IMG/VR virus record: IMGVR_UViG_3300018876_000008
Location: 96,001 to 160,000 of that record
DNA length: 64,000 nt
DNA from: a virus
Reading direction: 5' to 3' (one strand)
Position numbers and translations under genes: made by a program. The notes beneath the pieces were generated by a model. That model did not search any database, was not told the origin of the DNA, and saw only the letters and a program-made list of their open reading frames with translations. Below, piece by piece: positions 18,747 to 26,896 of the stretch (position 1 is the stretch's first letter; each line of letters starts with the position of its first letter).

Positions 18747-19286
18747 TTATAATCCTAAACTAAATGTTAATATGTAGTCAATAGTACTATCATTGACTTT
18801 TAAAGTTCGGTAATCTATAGAGTGTTTATCTAAGATACCTTTAATTTTATTGTCGAACTCTAATGACTCTTTATAATCTTGAAATCTACCCTCATCTTGG
18901 AACACTTCAGGTCTATCTAAAAATATATTAATATTTTCGTATTGTTTAAAAATATTTAAAACCATATCGTCAAAAGTAGTATCGTATAATGCAGAGGGGT
19001 AACCATCTTCATAACCGTTTTTATAAGCTAACGACAATAGTAGTGGAGAGTCTAAAATAATATAATCTACTTTACCATAAGACCTTACTATACCACGATG
19101 TTGACTTGCAAAAATAAAAAGTTGGTCATTTATTTGTGACGAGTTTTCTTCCCAAGCTACTTGTTTAGGGAATTCGTATGGATTATCACAGCTAATATTT
19201 CTTTTTTTTAATTCGTAAAATAATCCTGAAGTGATTGTTGATTTTCCTGAACCTGGACCACCGAATAGATTTATTATTTTAGTCAT
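18747..19286 (-). CDS. P-loop kinase/ATPase (NadR/AAA_28-like)
   Basis: INLFGGPGSGKST, IILDSPLL, GRFQ. Confidence 0.8.
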   Translation of the reverse strand: MTKIINLFGGPGSGKSTITSGLFYELKKRNISCDNPYEFPKQVAWEENSSQINDQLFIFASQHRGIVRSYGKVDYIILDSPLLLSLAYKNGYEDGYPSALYDTTFDDMVLNIFKQYENINIFLDRPEVFQDEGRFQDYKESLEFDNKIKGILDKHSIDYRTLKVNDSTIDYILTFSLGL

Positions 19287-19292
19287 CTTTTA

Positions 19293-19499
19293 TTAAAATA
19301 TCTTGGTGAATAAATAAATAAGTCCCATTAAAAACATACCAACAAACCCAACAAATGCACCAATATAACTACTTCTCATCTGTAATTCAGTTTTACCTTG
19401 ATTATCAAAAACACGTTCATCTACCGATTCTTTAGGTAATGGTTGTTTATATCCGTACTCTTTAGTCTGTCTTAATTCATTTATGGTTCTTTTCTTCAT
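19293..19499 (-). CDS. Small membrane-anchored protein
   Basis: 68 aa with C-terminal TM helix. Confidence 0.65.
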   Translation of the reverse strand: MKKRTINELRQTKEYGYKQPLPKESVDERVFDNQGKTELQMRSSYIGAFVGFVGMFLMGLIYLFTKIF

Positions 19500-19504
19500 C
19501 TTTT

Positions 19505-20095
19505 TTATTTTTTTAAGTCTCGTTTAATATCTTTTTTTACTGTCTCTAAATACTTTTTACGTTTTTTGTCGCTCACAAATGGTACTGACCAAAATTGTTT
19601 AGTTTTTCTCCATCTTGATGGGCTCCAACCAAATACAAAAGTATAAACCCCCATTACTAATCTTAATTTAACTGAATTTAAATAAAGGGTAATTACGGGT
19701 AACATTGGAGCTCCATGAGTTATATAAGTCCTCACCTTTTTATCACTTAGAAATGGTTTAGGGTAAGCATACATACCAAATAGGGGTACAAATTTATATG
19801 CGAATCCAGGAGTGAAAACTTCATCAAAAAACGTTTCCATTTTAGGTACCATTCTAAACCACCAAACAGGTGAAATAAAATAGATATGTGTTGACCATGT
19901 AACTAATTCTTGATAATCTTTAATTAAATCCTCTCTGTTCCTATGTAGTTTATCTTCATAAACGTCAATAACTTCATAAGTTTCATTTTTAGAATCTAAT
20001 TCATTAATTATAGTCTTGAATATACCATTATAACAAAAGGATTTATGGTCAGGATGACCAACAACGACTAAATGTTTTTTATTTTTAGAGTTCAT
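19505..20095 (-). CDS. Flavodoxin-like NAD(P)H oxidoreductase (KefF/MdaB-type)
   Basis: GHPD..SF, PVWWFRM..K..FD.VFTPGFAY, THGAP. Confidence 0.85.
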   Translation of the reverse strand: MNSKNKKHLVVVGHPDHKSFCYNGIFKTIINELDSKNETYEVIDVYEDKLHRNREDLIKDYQELVTWSTHIYFISPVWWFRMVPKMETFFDEVFTPGFAYKFVPLFGMYAYPKPFLSDKKVRTYITHGAPMLPVITLYLNSVKLRLVMGVYTFVFGWSPSRWRKTKQFWSVPFVSDKKRKKYLETVKKDIKRDLKK

Positions 20096-20118
20096 AATAC
20101 TTTAATATTAGTAAAATT

Positions 20119-20505
20119 TTAGTTTATATTCAACTTAGATTTAAAATATTTAACCATAATATGTCCACTCCTATAATTTGTAGCAAGCGGTACATCATGA
20201 ACATCACATAATCTCATTAACATTGAAATATCTACATCATGTGGGTGTTTATCTAAAGGGTCCCTGAAAAATATAACCCCATCAATCTCACCGCGAGTTA
20301 CCATAGCACCGATTTCCGCATCACCACCTAATGGTCCGCTATTTACCGCGTCAACTTTATCTATACCAGCATGTGTTATTTTTTTACCTGTAGTTCCTGT
20401 AGTTACTAAAGATACTTTATTATTATTAAAAAATTTTAAACGTTTCATTACAAACGCAACCATATCGGATTTTTTACCATCGTGGGCAATAAGTGCTAAT
20501 TTCAT
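20119..20505 (-). CDS. mgsA: Methylglyoxal synthase
   Basis: ALIAHDGKK, TGTTG, SGPLGGD, FFRDPL..HPHDVD, RLCDVH.VPLATN. Confidence 0.95.
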   Translation of the reverse strand: MKLALIAHDGKKSDMVAFVMKRLKFFNNNKVSLVTTGTTGKKITHAGIDKVDAVNSGPLGGDAEIGAMVTRGEIDGVIFFRDPLDKHPHDVDISMLMRLCDVHDVPLATNYRSGHIMVKYFKSKLNIN

Positions 20506-20567
20506 ACTTTAATTATTTTATACAAATATATTATAAAATATAATATTGATAAAATCAAAAAAATAAA

Positions 20568-20831
20568 TTACTTTAACACATCTACTTTAATAATAATTGA
20601 ATTAGTATCCTTTGGATTTTTTTCAATCCACCATACTCTATTTTGAATATCTACAAATTCTTCCCCGAACTTAACAGGTAAAACCCACTCTTTAACGGGA
20701 TACTCACCATTCCATTGGGTGTCAACTATAATTGGTACTCCCCACATACTTGGATTTTTAATTATTTTTGCGGGTGTTTGATTATAACATCCCGAAAATA
20801 GTATTGAACAAACTATTAATATTTTTTTCAT
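20568..20831 (-). CDS. Putative lipoprotein
   Basis: MKKILIVCSILFSGC lipobox. Confidence 0.6.
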   Translation of the reverse strand: MKKILIVCSILFSGCYNQTPAKIIKNPSMWGVPIIVDTQWNGEYPVKEWVLPVKFGEEFVDIQNRVWWIEKNPKDTNSIIIKVDVLK

Positions 20832-20856
20832 ATCATTTAATTTTTATATAATTTAT

Positions 20857-21747
20857 TTATCTAAATAATGTCACATGTCCGTGAGTTTTTATCCCATAAC
20901 CAGGACGAGTAGCCTCTAATTTCCAAGTATAAACACCATCGGGACAATAATAATCTCCACTATATGGTAAAAACCAACTCAATTCGGGAAGAGGTGCCCC
21001 CGTCCAATTAGCTAAAGGATAGTCAGTTCTCCATACTAAATTGCCCCATCTATCGTAAATTTTCATATCCCACGTTAACCAACAATCAGCTTCAGTTACT
21101 ACCCTAAATGATTCGTTTTTACCATCTCCGTTTGGTGTAAATGCGTTAGGAATATATAAGTCATCATCAACACATGGAACAACTGGTCCGTCATTGGATG
21201 AATTACAATCAGGGTTTGTTAGTGAGAAGGTAACTATGTTATTTAAGGGTTCCACATCAGGATAGTCAAAGTTTCCTAAACCACTATCACTTTCGTATGG
21301 CCAAGTATTACTATCGTTTATTTGAGTTATGGAAAGAATCCAACATTGTTCATCAAAGAATCCATCATTTATTGCCTCCTCCCAACAAAAGCTGGCGTCT
21401 GAACCGGTAACAAATGCGTCTACAATGTTAAAAGTAACTTCATCACCTGTTTGTAACCAAGGACCTGGTGAATTAATATTGACTAAAGGAAAACTTACAG
21501 GGTAGATTAAAAGTGCCCAACCATTATCATAAAAACACGGATATGGGTAGGTATCTAATTGTGGTTCTGTAGTTATACCTAATAAAAATTCACCGATTGA
21601 ATCAGAAGGTGAACCACAATTTACTCCTGAATTCACGTATAAAGTAATATCCATGGTTTGAGGGTCAAATGACACAATTTCCATATCACATTGACCTTTC
21701 ACTATGAATGAAATAAATAATAAAATTAATGTAAGTGGGTTTTTCAT
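20857..21747 (-). CDS. Secreted protein with T9SS type-B (gliding motility-associated) C-terminal domain
   Basis: Signal peptide (VKG/Q); IPNAFTPNGDGKNESF, IYDRWGNLV, DGVYTW, GHVTLFR. Confidence 0.9.
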   Translation of the reverse strand: MKNPLTLILLFISFIVKGQCDMEIVSFDPQTMDITLYVNSGVNCGSPSDSIGEFLLGITTEPQLDTYPYPCFYDNGWALLIYPVSFPLVNINSPGPWLQTGDEVTFNIVDAFVTGSDASFCWEEAINDGFFDEQCWILSITQINDSNTWPYESDSGLGNFDYPDVEPLNNIVTFSLTNPDCNSSNDGPVVPCVDDDLYIPNAFTPNGDGKNESFRVVTEADCWLTWDMKIYDRWGNLVWRTDYPLANWTGAPLPELSWFLPYSGDYYCPDGVYTWKLEATRPGYGIKTHGHVTLFR

Positions 21748-23603
21748 CTGAATATAGTTATATGTCCCCTTTCTTCAATTATCAATGCACTATTTACTTT
21801 CTTACCTGTAACTACATAAACGTATAGCCCGTCAGAAACGTAATGATTTCCTCCATTCACACTTCCATCCCAATAAGGATAGTCGTCAAAATTATCACCA
21901 GTATTGTAATACACTTCATTTCCCCATCGGTTAAAAATTCTAAATTCAACGTTTTCCCAACAGTTTAAATCATAGATTAGTTTCCACACATCGTTAATTC
22001 CATCATTATTTGGTGTAAAAGTATTAGGAATATGGATAGTTGTCCAATCAGGACATATTAAACCTGGTGGGTCTTCATCACAAGGTAATCCCGTTTCACA
22101 GTCAATCCAAATTTCTTGTACAACATACTCGGTAACTGTGTCAGTTAGGTATATGTAATTATCAATAAAGACTGTATCTGTAAGATACTCTGTTATGTAA
22201 AGGGTGTCAGTTATGAATTCTGTTTCAGTTAAATAAATCGTATCTGTAACTACTTCTGTAATATACAGTGTGTCTATAATGTATTCTGTTTCTGTAATAT
22301 AGAGTGTATCTGTGACGTATTCTGTGATATATTCATAAACAGTATCTGTTACATACTCTGTTACATACTCAGTTATATATTCATAAACTGTATCCGTTAA
22401 GTAAATATAATTATCCACATACTCAATTAAAGTATCAGGTGGTGACTCAACATAAAGAGTGTCTATAATAGTATCAGTTATAAAGATAGAATCGATTTCA
22501 TAGATATAAGTTACCGTTTCAATTTCAATAGTATCTGGCTCACAAACCTCAGGACAGATTAAATCTTCTAATTCATCAGGATAGTAAACGGTAGTGTTAT
22601 TGTTACCCGTTACAATCTCATCATTAACATTATCAACAGTCATTGTAAAGAAACTACCTAATGCGTCATATTCAAAGAAAGGTGAGGTGAATTGTTGACC
22701 CTCACCTACAGGAATATCATACCCACCAAACATAGAATCATCAAAGCATTGATAGTAATCTTCATTCCATATCTCAATACAGTAATTTGTGATAGGTTCA
22801 TTACCGTAATTGTAAACGGTATAAGTTATTTGATATGAGGGAATATCACCAATACACCCTATTTCAAATTCTATATTATCAATAACAGCATCAGGGGCAT
22901 CGGGAGGACAATCAAAATCGGGAGAGGCTACTGCCGCACCGGGATTCTCATCTCTACATAGGTACCAAGAATTATTACAATTTTGGTCTTGATATGTATT
23001 TGGTGCGAAATCGGGATTAGTTGACGAACTTGCCCAACCTCCGTTTCCAACATACCAAGAAGAACCATAATTTACCTGCCACACAACAAATTCAATACAC
23101 TCATCTTCAGATAACCAATAATCTATTAAGTCATCACCACACTCGGCAAGTGGATATGGATATGTATCATAATCTCCAGGTGGGTTTAAAGGGATATTTA
23201 CAACATCTCCTGTTACTAAACCGTCTCCCATTATCTCTTCCTGAAAAGTAACAGACGCTGAAGGACTGTACCACCAACCCGGATGATTATTATCGGGATT
23301 CTGACCCAAGTAGTATCCATTAGCATCCCATCCTGGACTACATGGTGGTAATCCAAATGTTTCATTAAAATCTTCAATGACTTCATTATCGGGATTTATA
23401 GGTTCAGGAAGATGATAACCTATCTGTAATTGTGTAACTTTACCGTTTACACCACCAGGACCGTTTGATAAACATCCTAGTGAATTAATTACCTCAATGG
23501 TGACTTCGTATGTGTTAAGGTCAACAGCGGTAATTGCGACATCACATTGTCCTTGTATAAAAAAGGCATGTAGATATGCTATAAGAAATAATAGTCTTTT
23601 CAT
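21744..23603 (-). CDS. Secreted repeat protein with T9SS type-B C-terminal domain
   Basis: Signal peptide (IQG/Q); CARDB-like segment; TDTxYITE repeats; IPNTFTPNNDGINDVW, IFNRWGNEV, WDG, DGLYVY, GHITIFR. Confidence 0.9.
   Translation of the reverse strand: MKRLLFLIAYLHAFFIQGQCDVAITAVDLNTYEVTIEVINSLGCLSNGPGGVNGKVTQLQIGYHLPEPINPDNEVIEDFNETFGLPPCSPGWDANGYYLGQNPDNNHPGWWYSPSASVTFQEEIMGDGLVTGDVVNIPLNPPGDYDTYPYPLAECGDDLIDYWLSEDECIEFVVWQVNYGSSWYVGNGGWASSSTNPDFAPNTYQDQNCNNSWYLCRDENPGAAVASPDFDCPPDAPDAVIDNIEFEIGCIGDIPSYQITYTVYNYGNEPITNYCIEIWNEDYYQCFDDSMFGGYDIPVGEGQQFTSPFFEYDALGSFFTMTVDNVNDEIVTGNNNTTVYYPDELEDLICPEVCEPDTIEIETVTYIYEIDSIFITDTIIDTLYVESPPDTLIEYVDNYIYLTDTVYEYITEYVTEYVTDTVYEYITEYVTDTLYITETEYIIDTLYITEVVTDTIYLTETEFITDTLYITEYLTDTVFIDNYIYLTDTVTEYVVQEIWIDCETGLPCDEDPPGLICPDWTTIHIPNTFTPNNDGINDVWKLIYDLNCWENVEFRIFNRWGNEVYYNTGDNFDDYPYWDGSVNGGNHYVSDGLYVYVVTGKKVNSALIIEERGHITIFR
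22120..22540 (-). repeat. Coding repeat region (DT-V/L/I-Y-I/E-T-E units)
   Basis: About a dozen degenerate TDTVYEYITEYV / TDTLYITE units within the 619 aa ORF. Confidence 0.85.
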
Positions 23604-23755
23604 TAATGGAAAGTTTAGTTGTTTTATATAAGAATCGTATGTCTAATTTTTAATTTGTAGAAGATTATAATTAAAAAGTTAGACAAGTATAACAGTGTTT
23701 CCTATAAATATATAACTAAACTTGTTAATACTATACTTTTTTAACACTAAAAAAG

Positions 23756-24043
23756 TTAAATTGTTAACATAACTAGAGCTCTATCAAAATCTGCAAACTC
23801 TTTATAGGTTTTGGCTCTACGAACGGTATTAGGGTTTACACGAAGACGAACATGTGTAGGGTATTTTTTTTCAGACTCTTTCCTTTCTCTATTAACTTTA
23901 GAAATTGCCTCACGTTTAGTTTTTGCCCAAACATTATTACCCCCTGTGGTTGGTTGGAAGTCTTTATTTCCCGTTGTCCCTGCGGGTGCTTCCAACCAAC
24001 CAAACATATAAAGGTTCTCACCTTTTTGATTCTTGTATGCCAT
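23756..24043 (-). CDS. Hypothetical protein
   Basis: 95 aa basic ORF. Confidence 0.7.
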   Translation of the reverse strand: MAYKNQKGENLYMFGWLEAPAGTTGNKDFQPTTGGNNVWAKTKREAISKVNRERKESEKKYPTHVRLRVNPNTVRRAKTYKEFADFDRALVMLTI

Positions 24044-24051
24044 ATTACTAC

Positions 24052-24231
24052 TTAGTTTAAAATTGATTTACCCAATACCAAAGGAGATGCGTCAGGATGC
24101 GACGATACTAAAAAGCAATTATCTCTTTCAGTAATGTAAAGTGTTTTGTTTTTGAACATTTTGTAGTTGTTGTATGCGTACTCCTCAACTTTTGATTTCA
24201 CTTCCGGTGCGATTGTTTCTTCTTTACCCAT
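24052..24231 (-). CDS. Small hypothetical protein (59 aa, not in ORF track)
   Basis: MGKEETIAPEVKSKVEEYAY...SPLVLGKSILN*; TATATTTG upstream. Confidence 0.65.
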   Translation of the reverse strand: MGKEETIAPEVKSKVEEYAYNNYKMFKNKTLYITERDNCFLVSSHPDASPLVLGKSILN

Positions 24232-24318
24232 GATTTTTAATTTTTAAATGTTTAACTGTTTTGATGATACAAATATAAGTAATAATTCTTTAAGTTTTAC
24301 TAAAAATATTATTTTTTT

Positions 24319-24456
24319 TTAAATTCCTATAACAACTTCTTTATTAATCCAACCTACACATAATTCTAAATCACCATTTAGAAATCTATCGTAAGTTATT
24401 TTGATATATGGTATAATATAAATTTGAGATACTATAGTTGATATTGATATTTTCAT
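24319..24456 (-). CDS. Small hypothetical protein (45 aa, not in ORF track)
   Basis: MKISISTIVSQIYIIPYIKITYDRFLNGDLELCVGWINKEVVIGI*; 4 nt after the previous stop. Confidence 0.55.
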   Translation of the reverse strand: MKISISTIVSQIYIIPYIKITYDRFLNGDLELCVGWINKEVVIGI

Positions 24457-24460
24457 AATT

Positions 24461-24760
24461 TTAAAATAAAAGTGTTAAATAATAAGCTAATTTATATCCT
24501 ACAAACGCCCCTATTGCGGTTGGTACGGGAAATATGATAAATTTACCTAAACTTGTCACGTATTTAGGTCTATTAACTACTCTCCCTAAGAAAAAATAGT
24601 AAATCATATAACCTAATAGTACTAATATATCTACTCTTTCCGCAATAAAAACAACTAATATTGCCCCAAGTAGACCAAATATAAAGTTATCCAAAACAGC
24701 AGTTGTTAATTCGATTGTTGGTGTTTCTCGATACTCTTCTTGTATTTTTTTAAGACTCAT
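24461..24760 (-). CDS. Three-TM membrane protein
   Basis: 99 aa, three hydrophobic helices. Confidence 0.75.
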   Translation of the reverse strand: MSLKKIQEEYRETPTIELTTAVLDNFIFGLLGAILVVFIAERVDILVLLGYMIYYFFLGRVVNRPKYVTSLGKFIIFPVPTAIGAFVGYKLAYYLTLLF

Positions 24761-24775
24761 TATAAATAAATTTTG

Positions 24776-24849
24776 AGCTTCCTGAGGGACTCGAACCCAC
24801 GACCTGCTGATTACAAATCAGCTGCTCTAGCCAACTGAGCTAAGGAAGC
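24776..24849 (-). tRNA. tRNA-Thr(TGT)
   Basis: Cloverleaf; anticodon loop TT-TGT-AA; no encoded CCA. Confidence 0.95.
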
Positions 24850-24852
24850 TTT

Positions 24853-25068
24853 TTATACTAATTTCCATTTTTTGGCAGATTTGACTATCGCCTCTTCATT
24901 TGTTAAATTTGGTTCCTCTCTAATTATATCCATTGCAGTATACATTATTTGACCCTTTAATCCTTTTTTACTTGCTAAGTCTAAAACGTCAACATAATAA
25001 TTAGGGTCAAATTTTGGTAGTGTACCGTCTTCTTCCATGTCTGCAATTTTACTAAGTATATTACCCAT
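24853..25068 (-). CDS. Hypothetical protein
   Basis: Start at MGNILSK (25068), downstream of TATATTTG. Confidence 0.65.
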   Translation of the reverse strand: MGNILSKIADMEEDGTLPKFDPNYYVDVLDLASKKGLKGQIMYTAMDIIREEPNLTNEEAIVKSAKKWKLV

Positions 25069-25199
25069 AAATGTTTTTTTTATTAGAGTACAAATATATG
25101 ATAAATGCATGAAAAAACCAACATTAAGTATAAAAAAGTTACCTAATGATGGTTTTTTACTGCATAATTAAAAAAGTGAATTCTTTAACGGTTTATTGA

Positions 25200-25535
25200 T
25201 TATCCGTTAATGACGGAATTATTGTTTTCATCTAATTGTCTATAAATTTCTGATACGTGTTCGCTCATAATATTTATAGTTTTATCAACTCTACTGTCAA
25301 TATGACTATAAAGTCTCTCATTCTCTTCTTTACAATTACGGTCAATGTTATTCCCAAAATCATAAAGTTCAGAACTTCTTTTCTCCAAATCCATATGGGT
25401 ATATTCCAATTCTTTTTGGAGTAGGTTTATTTCCTCTTTCAAGGACTTTGTTGTCAAATAATTCACAAACGTACCCACAACCATTAATAATACAATGACT
25501 GCACATACACCTAAAATAAATGATGTTATTTCCAT
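25200..25535 (-). CDS. TM plus coiled-coil protein
   Basis: N-terminal TM helix then heptad-like region. Confidence 0.75.
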   Translation of the reverse strand: MEITSFILGVCAVIVLLMVVGTFVNYLTTKSLKEEINLLQKELEYTHMDLEKRSSELYDFGNNIDRNCKEENERLYSHIDSRVDKTINIMSEHVSEIYRQLDENNNSVING

Positions 25536-25562
25536 AATTTCTAATTTTTAATTTAAATTTTA

Positions 25563-25574
25563 TGTCAAAGAACT
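25563..25574 (-). promoter_or_regulatory. boxA-like antitermination site
   Basis: AGTTCTTTGACA just downstream of tRNA-Tyr. Confidence 0.55.
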
Positions 25575-25582
25575 CACCTCGT

Positions 25583-25663
25583 TGGAGAGGAGGGACTCGA
25601 ACCCCCAAGGTCGAAAGACGGCAGATTTACAGTCTGCTGAGCCAACCAATTGCTCAACTCTCC
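25583..25663 (-). tRNA. tRNA-Tyr(GTA)
   Basis: GCAGA-CTGTAAA-TCTGC arm, long variable arm. Confidence 0.95.
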
Positions 25664-25669
25664 ATTTAA

Positions 25670-25792
25670 TTATTTAAATTTTGATTTAATGAACAGGTAG
25701 AGACTTTCGAAGATATGATACAACAATAATCCAACCATCCACGATACTAAACCAAATACTAATGATGCAATAATAAATCTAAATATTTCCAT
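25670..25792 (-). CDS. Small membrane peptide between tRNAs (40 aa)
   Basis: MEIFRFIIASLVFGLVSWMVGLLLY...; the longer ORF-track version runs into tRNA-Ser. Confidence 0.5.
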   Translation of the reverse strand: MEIFRFIIASLVFGLVSWMVGLLLYHIFESLYLFIKSKFK

Positions 25793-25824
25793 GATTTTAT
25801 TTTTTTTATAGTTTAAGAGTTTAG

Positions 25825-25909
25825 CGGAAGATGTAGGATTCGAACCTACGGTACATTGCTGTACGCTGGTTTTCAAGACCAGTGCATTCGACCACTCTGC
25901 CAATCTTCC
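25825..25909 (-). tRNA. tRNA-Ser(TGA)
   Basis: CTGGT-CTTGAAA-ACCAG arm, long variable arm, discriminator G. Confidence 0.95.
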
Positions 25910-25914
25910 GTCTG

Positions 25915-25988
25915 TGGACCTTGTAGGGCTCGAACCTACGACCTACGCATTATGAGTGCGGTGCTCTAACCAACTGAGCTAAAAGTCC
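25915..25988 (-). tRNA. tRNA with CAT anticodon, most likely tRNA-Ile2
   Basis: Loop CT-CAT-AA; paired G1-C72 and no GGG/CCC anticodon stem, so not initiator; Ile2 versus elongator Met is inferred. Confidence 0.85.
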
Positions 25989-26005
25989 GTTATTCAAAAA
26001 TATCT

Positions 26006-26086
26006 ACTCCACTTAGACTCCGTCTTTCGACTTGTAGGCGTGAGATTTGACGCCTCGTTGTTCGGTTGTTAAACCTATCTAAGAGC
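26006..26086 (-). ncRNA. Putative four-way-junction structured RNA in the tRNA array
   Basis: Closing helix CTTAGA/TCTAAG around GGTT-TAAC-AACC, AGGCGT-N8-ACGCCT and GTC-GAAA-GAC. Confidence 0.5.
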
Positions 26087-26203
26087 GGGGGAGTAGGGGA
26101 TTCGAACCCCCACCTCTTCTCAACAAGCCTAATCGTATCTCGTAACTAGTATGATATTTTCGGCCTTATAGTTGGAGCGTCGTACCACTTTGACTAACTC
26201 CCC
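26087..26203 (-). ncRNA. tRNA-like RNA with enlarged anticodon arm (117 nt)
   Basis: Acceptor GGGGAGT/ACTCCCC, D arm GTC-AAAGTGGTAC-GAC, T arm GGGGG-TTCGAAT-CCCCT; 66 nt between D and T arms. Confidence 0.75.
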
Positions 26204-26211
26204 GTATTTAG

Positions 26212-26285
26212 TACACCCATCAGGATTCGAACCTGAGACCGTCTGCTTAGAAGGCAGATGCTCTATCCAGCTGAGCTATGGGTGC
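26212..26285 (-). tRNA. tRNA-Arg(TCT)
   Basis: TCTGC-CTTCTAA-GCAGA arm. Confidence 0.95.
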
Positions 26286-26357
26286 ATGTGAAAAAGATAG
26301 GGTTCTTTTTTAAAGTTACATAGTTCCAACGCGTATTGTGTAACTCCCTATCTATAG

Positions 26358-26443
26358 TACCCGGAGACGGGCTCGAACCGTCACGGACCGTTCGGTCCAA
26401 CAGATTTTAAGTCTGTCGTGTCTACCAATTCCACCATCCGGGC
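26358..26443 (-). tRNA. tRNA-Leu(TAA)
   Basis: ACAGA-CTTAAAA-TCTGT arm, long variable arm. Confidence 0.95.
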
Positions 26444-26549
26444 ATGTGGTACTAATTTATAATTTCAAATAACGTTTTTGTCTTTCAACAATGTAAATGT
26501 ACGATACAAAAGATTAAGTAACAACTATTTTTTTAAAATAATTTAATTG

Positions 26550-26623
26550 TAGGGATGGAGGGACTTGAACCCCCGACCTTGACTATATAAGAGTCCTGCT
26601 CTAACCAACTGAGCTACATCCCC
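26550..26623 (-). tRNA. tRNA-Ile(TAT)
   Basis: GACT-CTTATAT-AGTC arm; anticodon TAT. Confidence 0.9.
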
Positions 26624-26676
26624 ATGTTGAAAACACCTATATTTTATGTAGAGGTGCAAAACTCGATTTGTATTGG

Positions 26677-26752
26677 TGGTGACCCCTCAGGGGTTCGAAC
26701 CCTGGACCCTCACATTAAAAGTGTGATGCTCTACCAGCTGAGCTAAGAGGTC
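26677..26752 (-). tRNA. tRNA-Lys(TTT)
   Basis: TCACA-CTTTTAA-TGTGA arm; encoded CCA. Confidence 0.95.
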
Positions 26753-26787
26753 AATTTACCGAATACTGTGTCGTTACTTAATCCCGA

Positions 26788-26798
26788 TGTCAAAGAAC
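26788..26798 (-). promoter_or_regulatory. boxA-like antitermination site
   Basis: GTTCTTTGACA between the attenuator terminator and the first tRNA. Confidence 0.65.
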
Positions 26799-26809
26799 AC
26801 TACTAATAT

Positions 26810-26846
26810 AAAATAAGAAACCCAAACATTTCTGTTCGGGTCTCTT
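26810..26846 (-). terminator. Intrinsic terminator of the putative tRNA-operon attenuator
   Basis: AAGAGACCCGAACA-GAAA-TGTTTGGGTTTCTTATTTT; G-U pairs and U tract on the minus strand. Confidence 0.85.
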
Positions 26847-26896
26847 CTTCTTCATAGCTTTAAGTCTATTTTTATTATATCATGTTTACCGAACTT

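Noticed and set aside
22120-22540. CRISPR array or DGR repeats
   Set aside because: Repeats are degenerate, in frame and encode a peptide repeat; no constant repeat-spacer pattern, cas gene or reverse transcriptase
25369-25903. ORF-track entries 25369..25608 and the 5' part of 25670..25903
   Set aside because: They overlap tRNA-Tyr, tRNA-Ser or a better ORF in another frame
26006-26086. Hammerhead or twister ribozyme
   Set aside because: No CUGANGA/GAAA hammerhead core and no convincing twister pattern; kept as an unknown structured RNA
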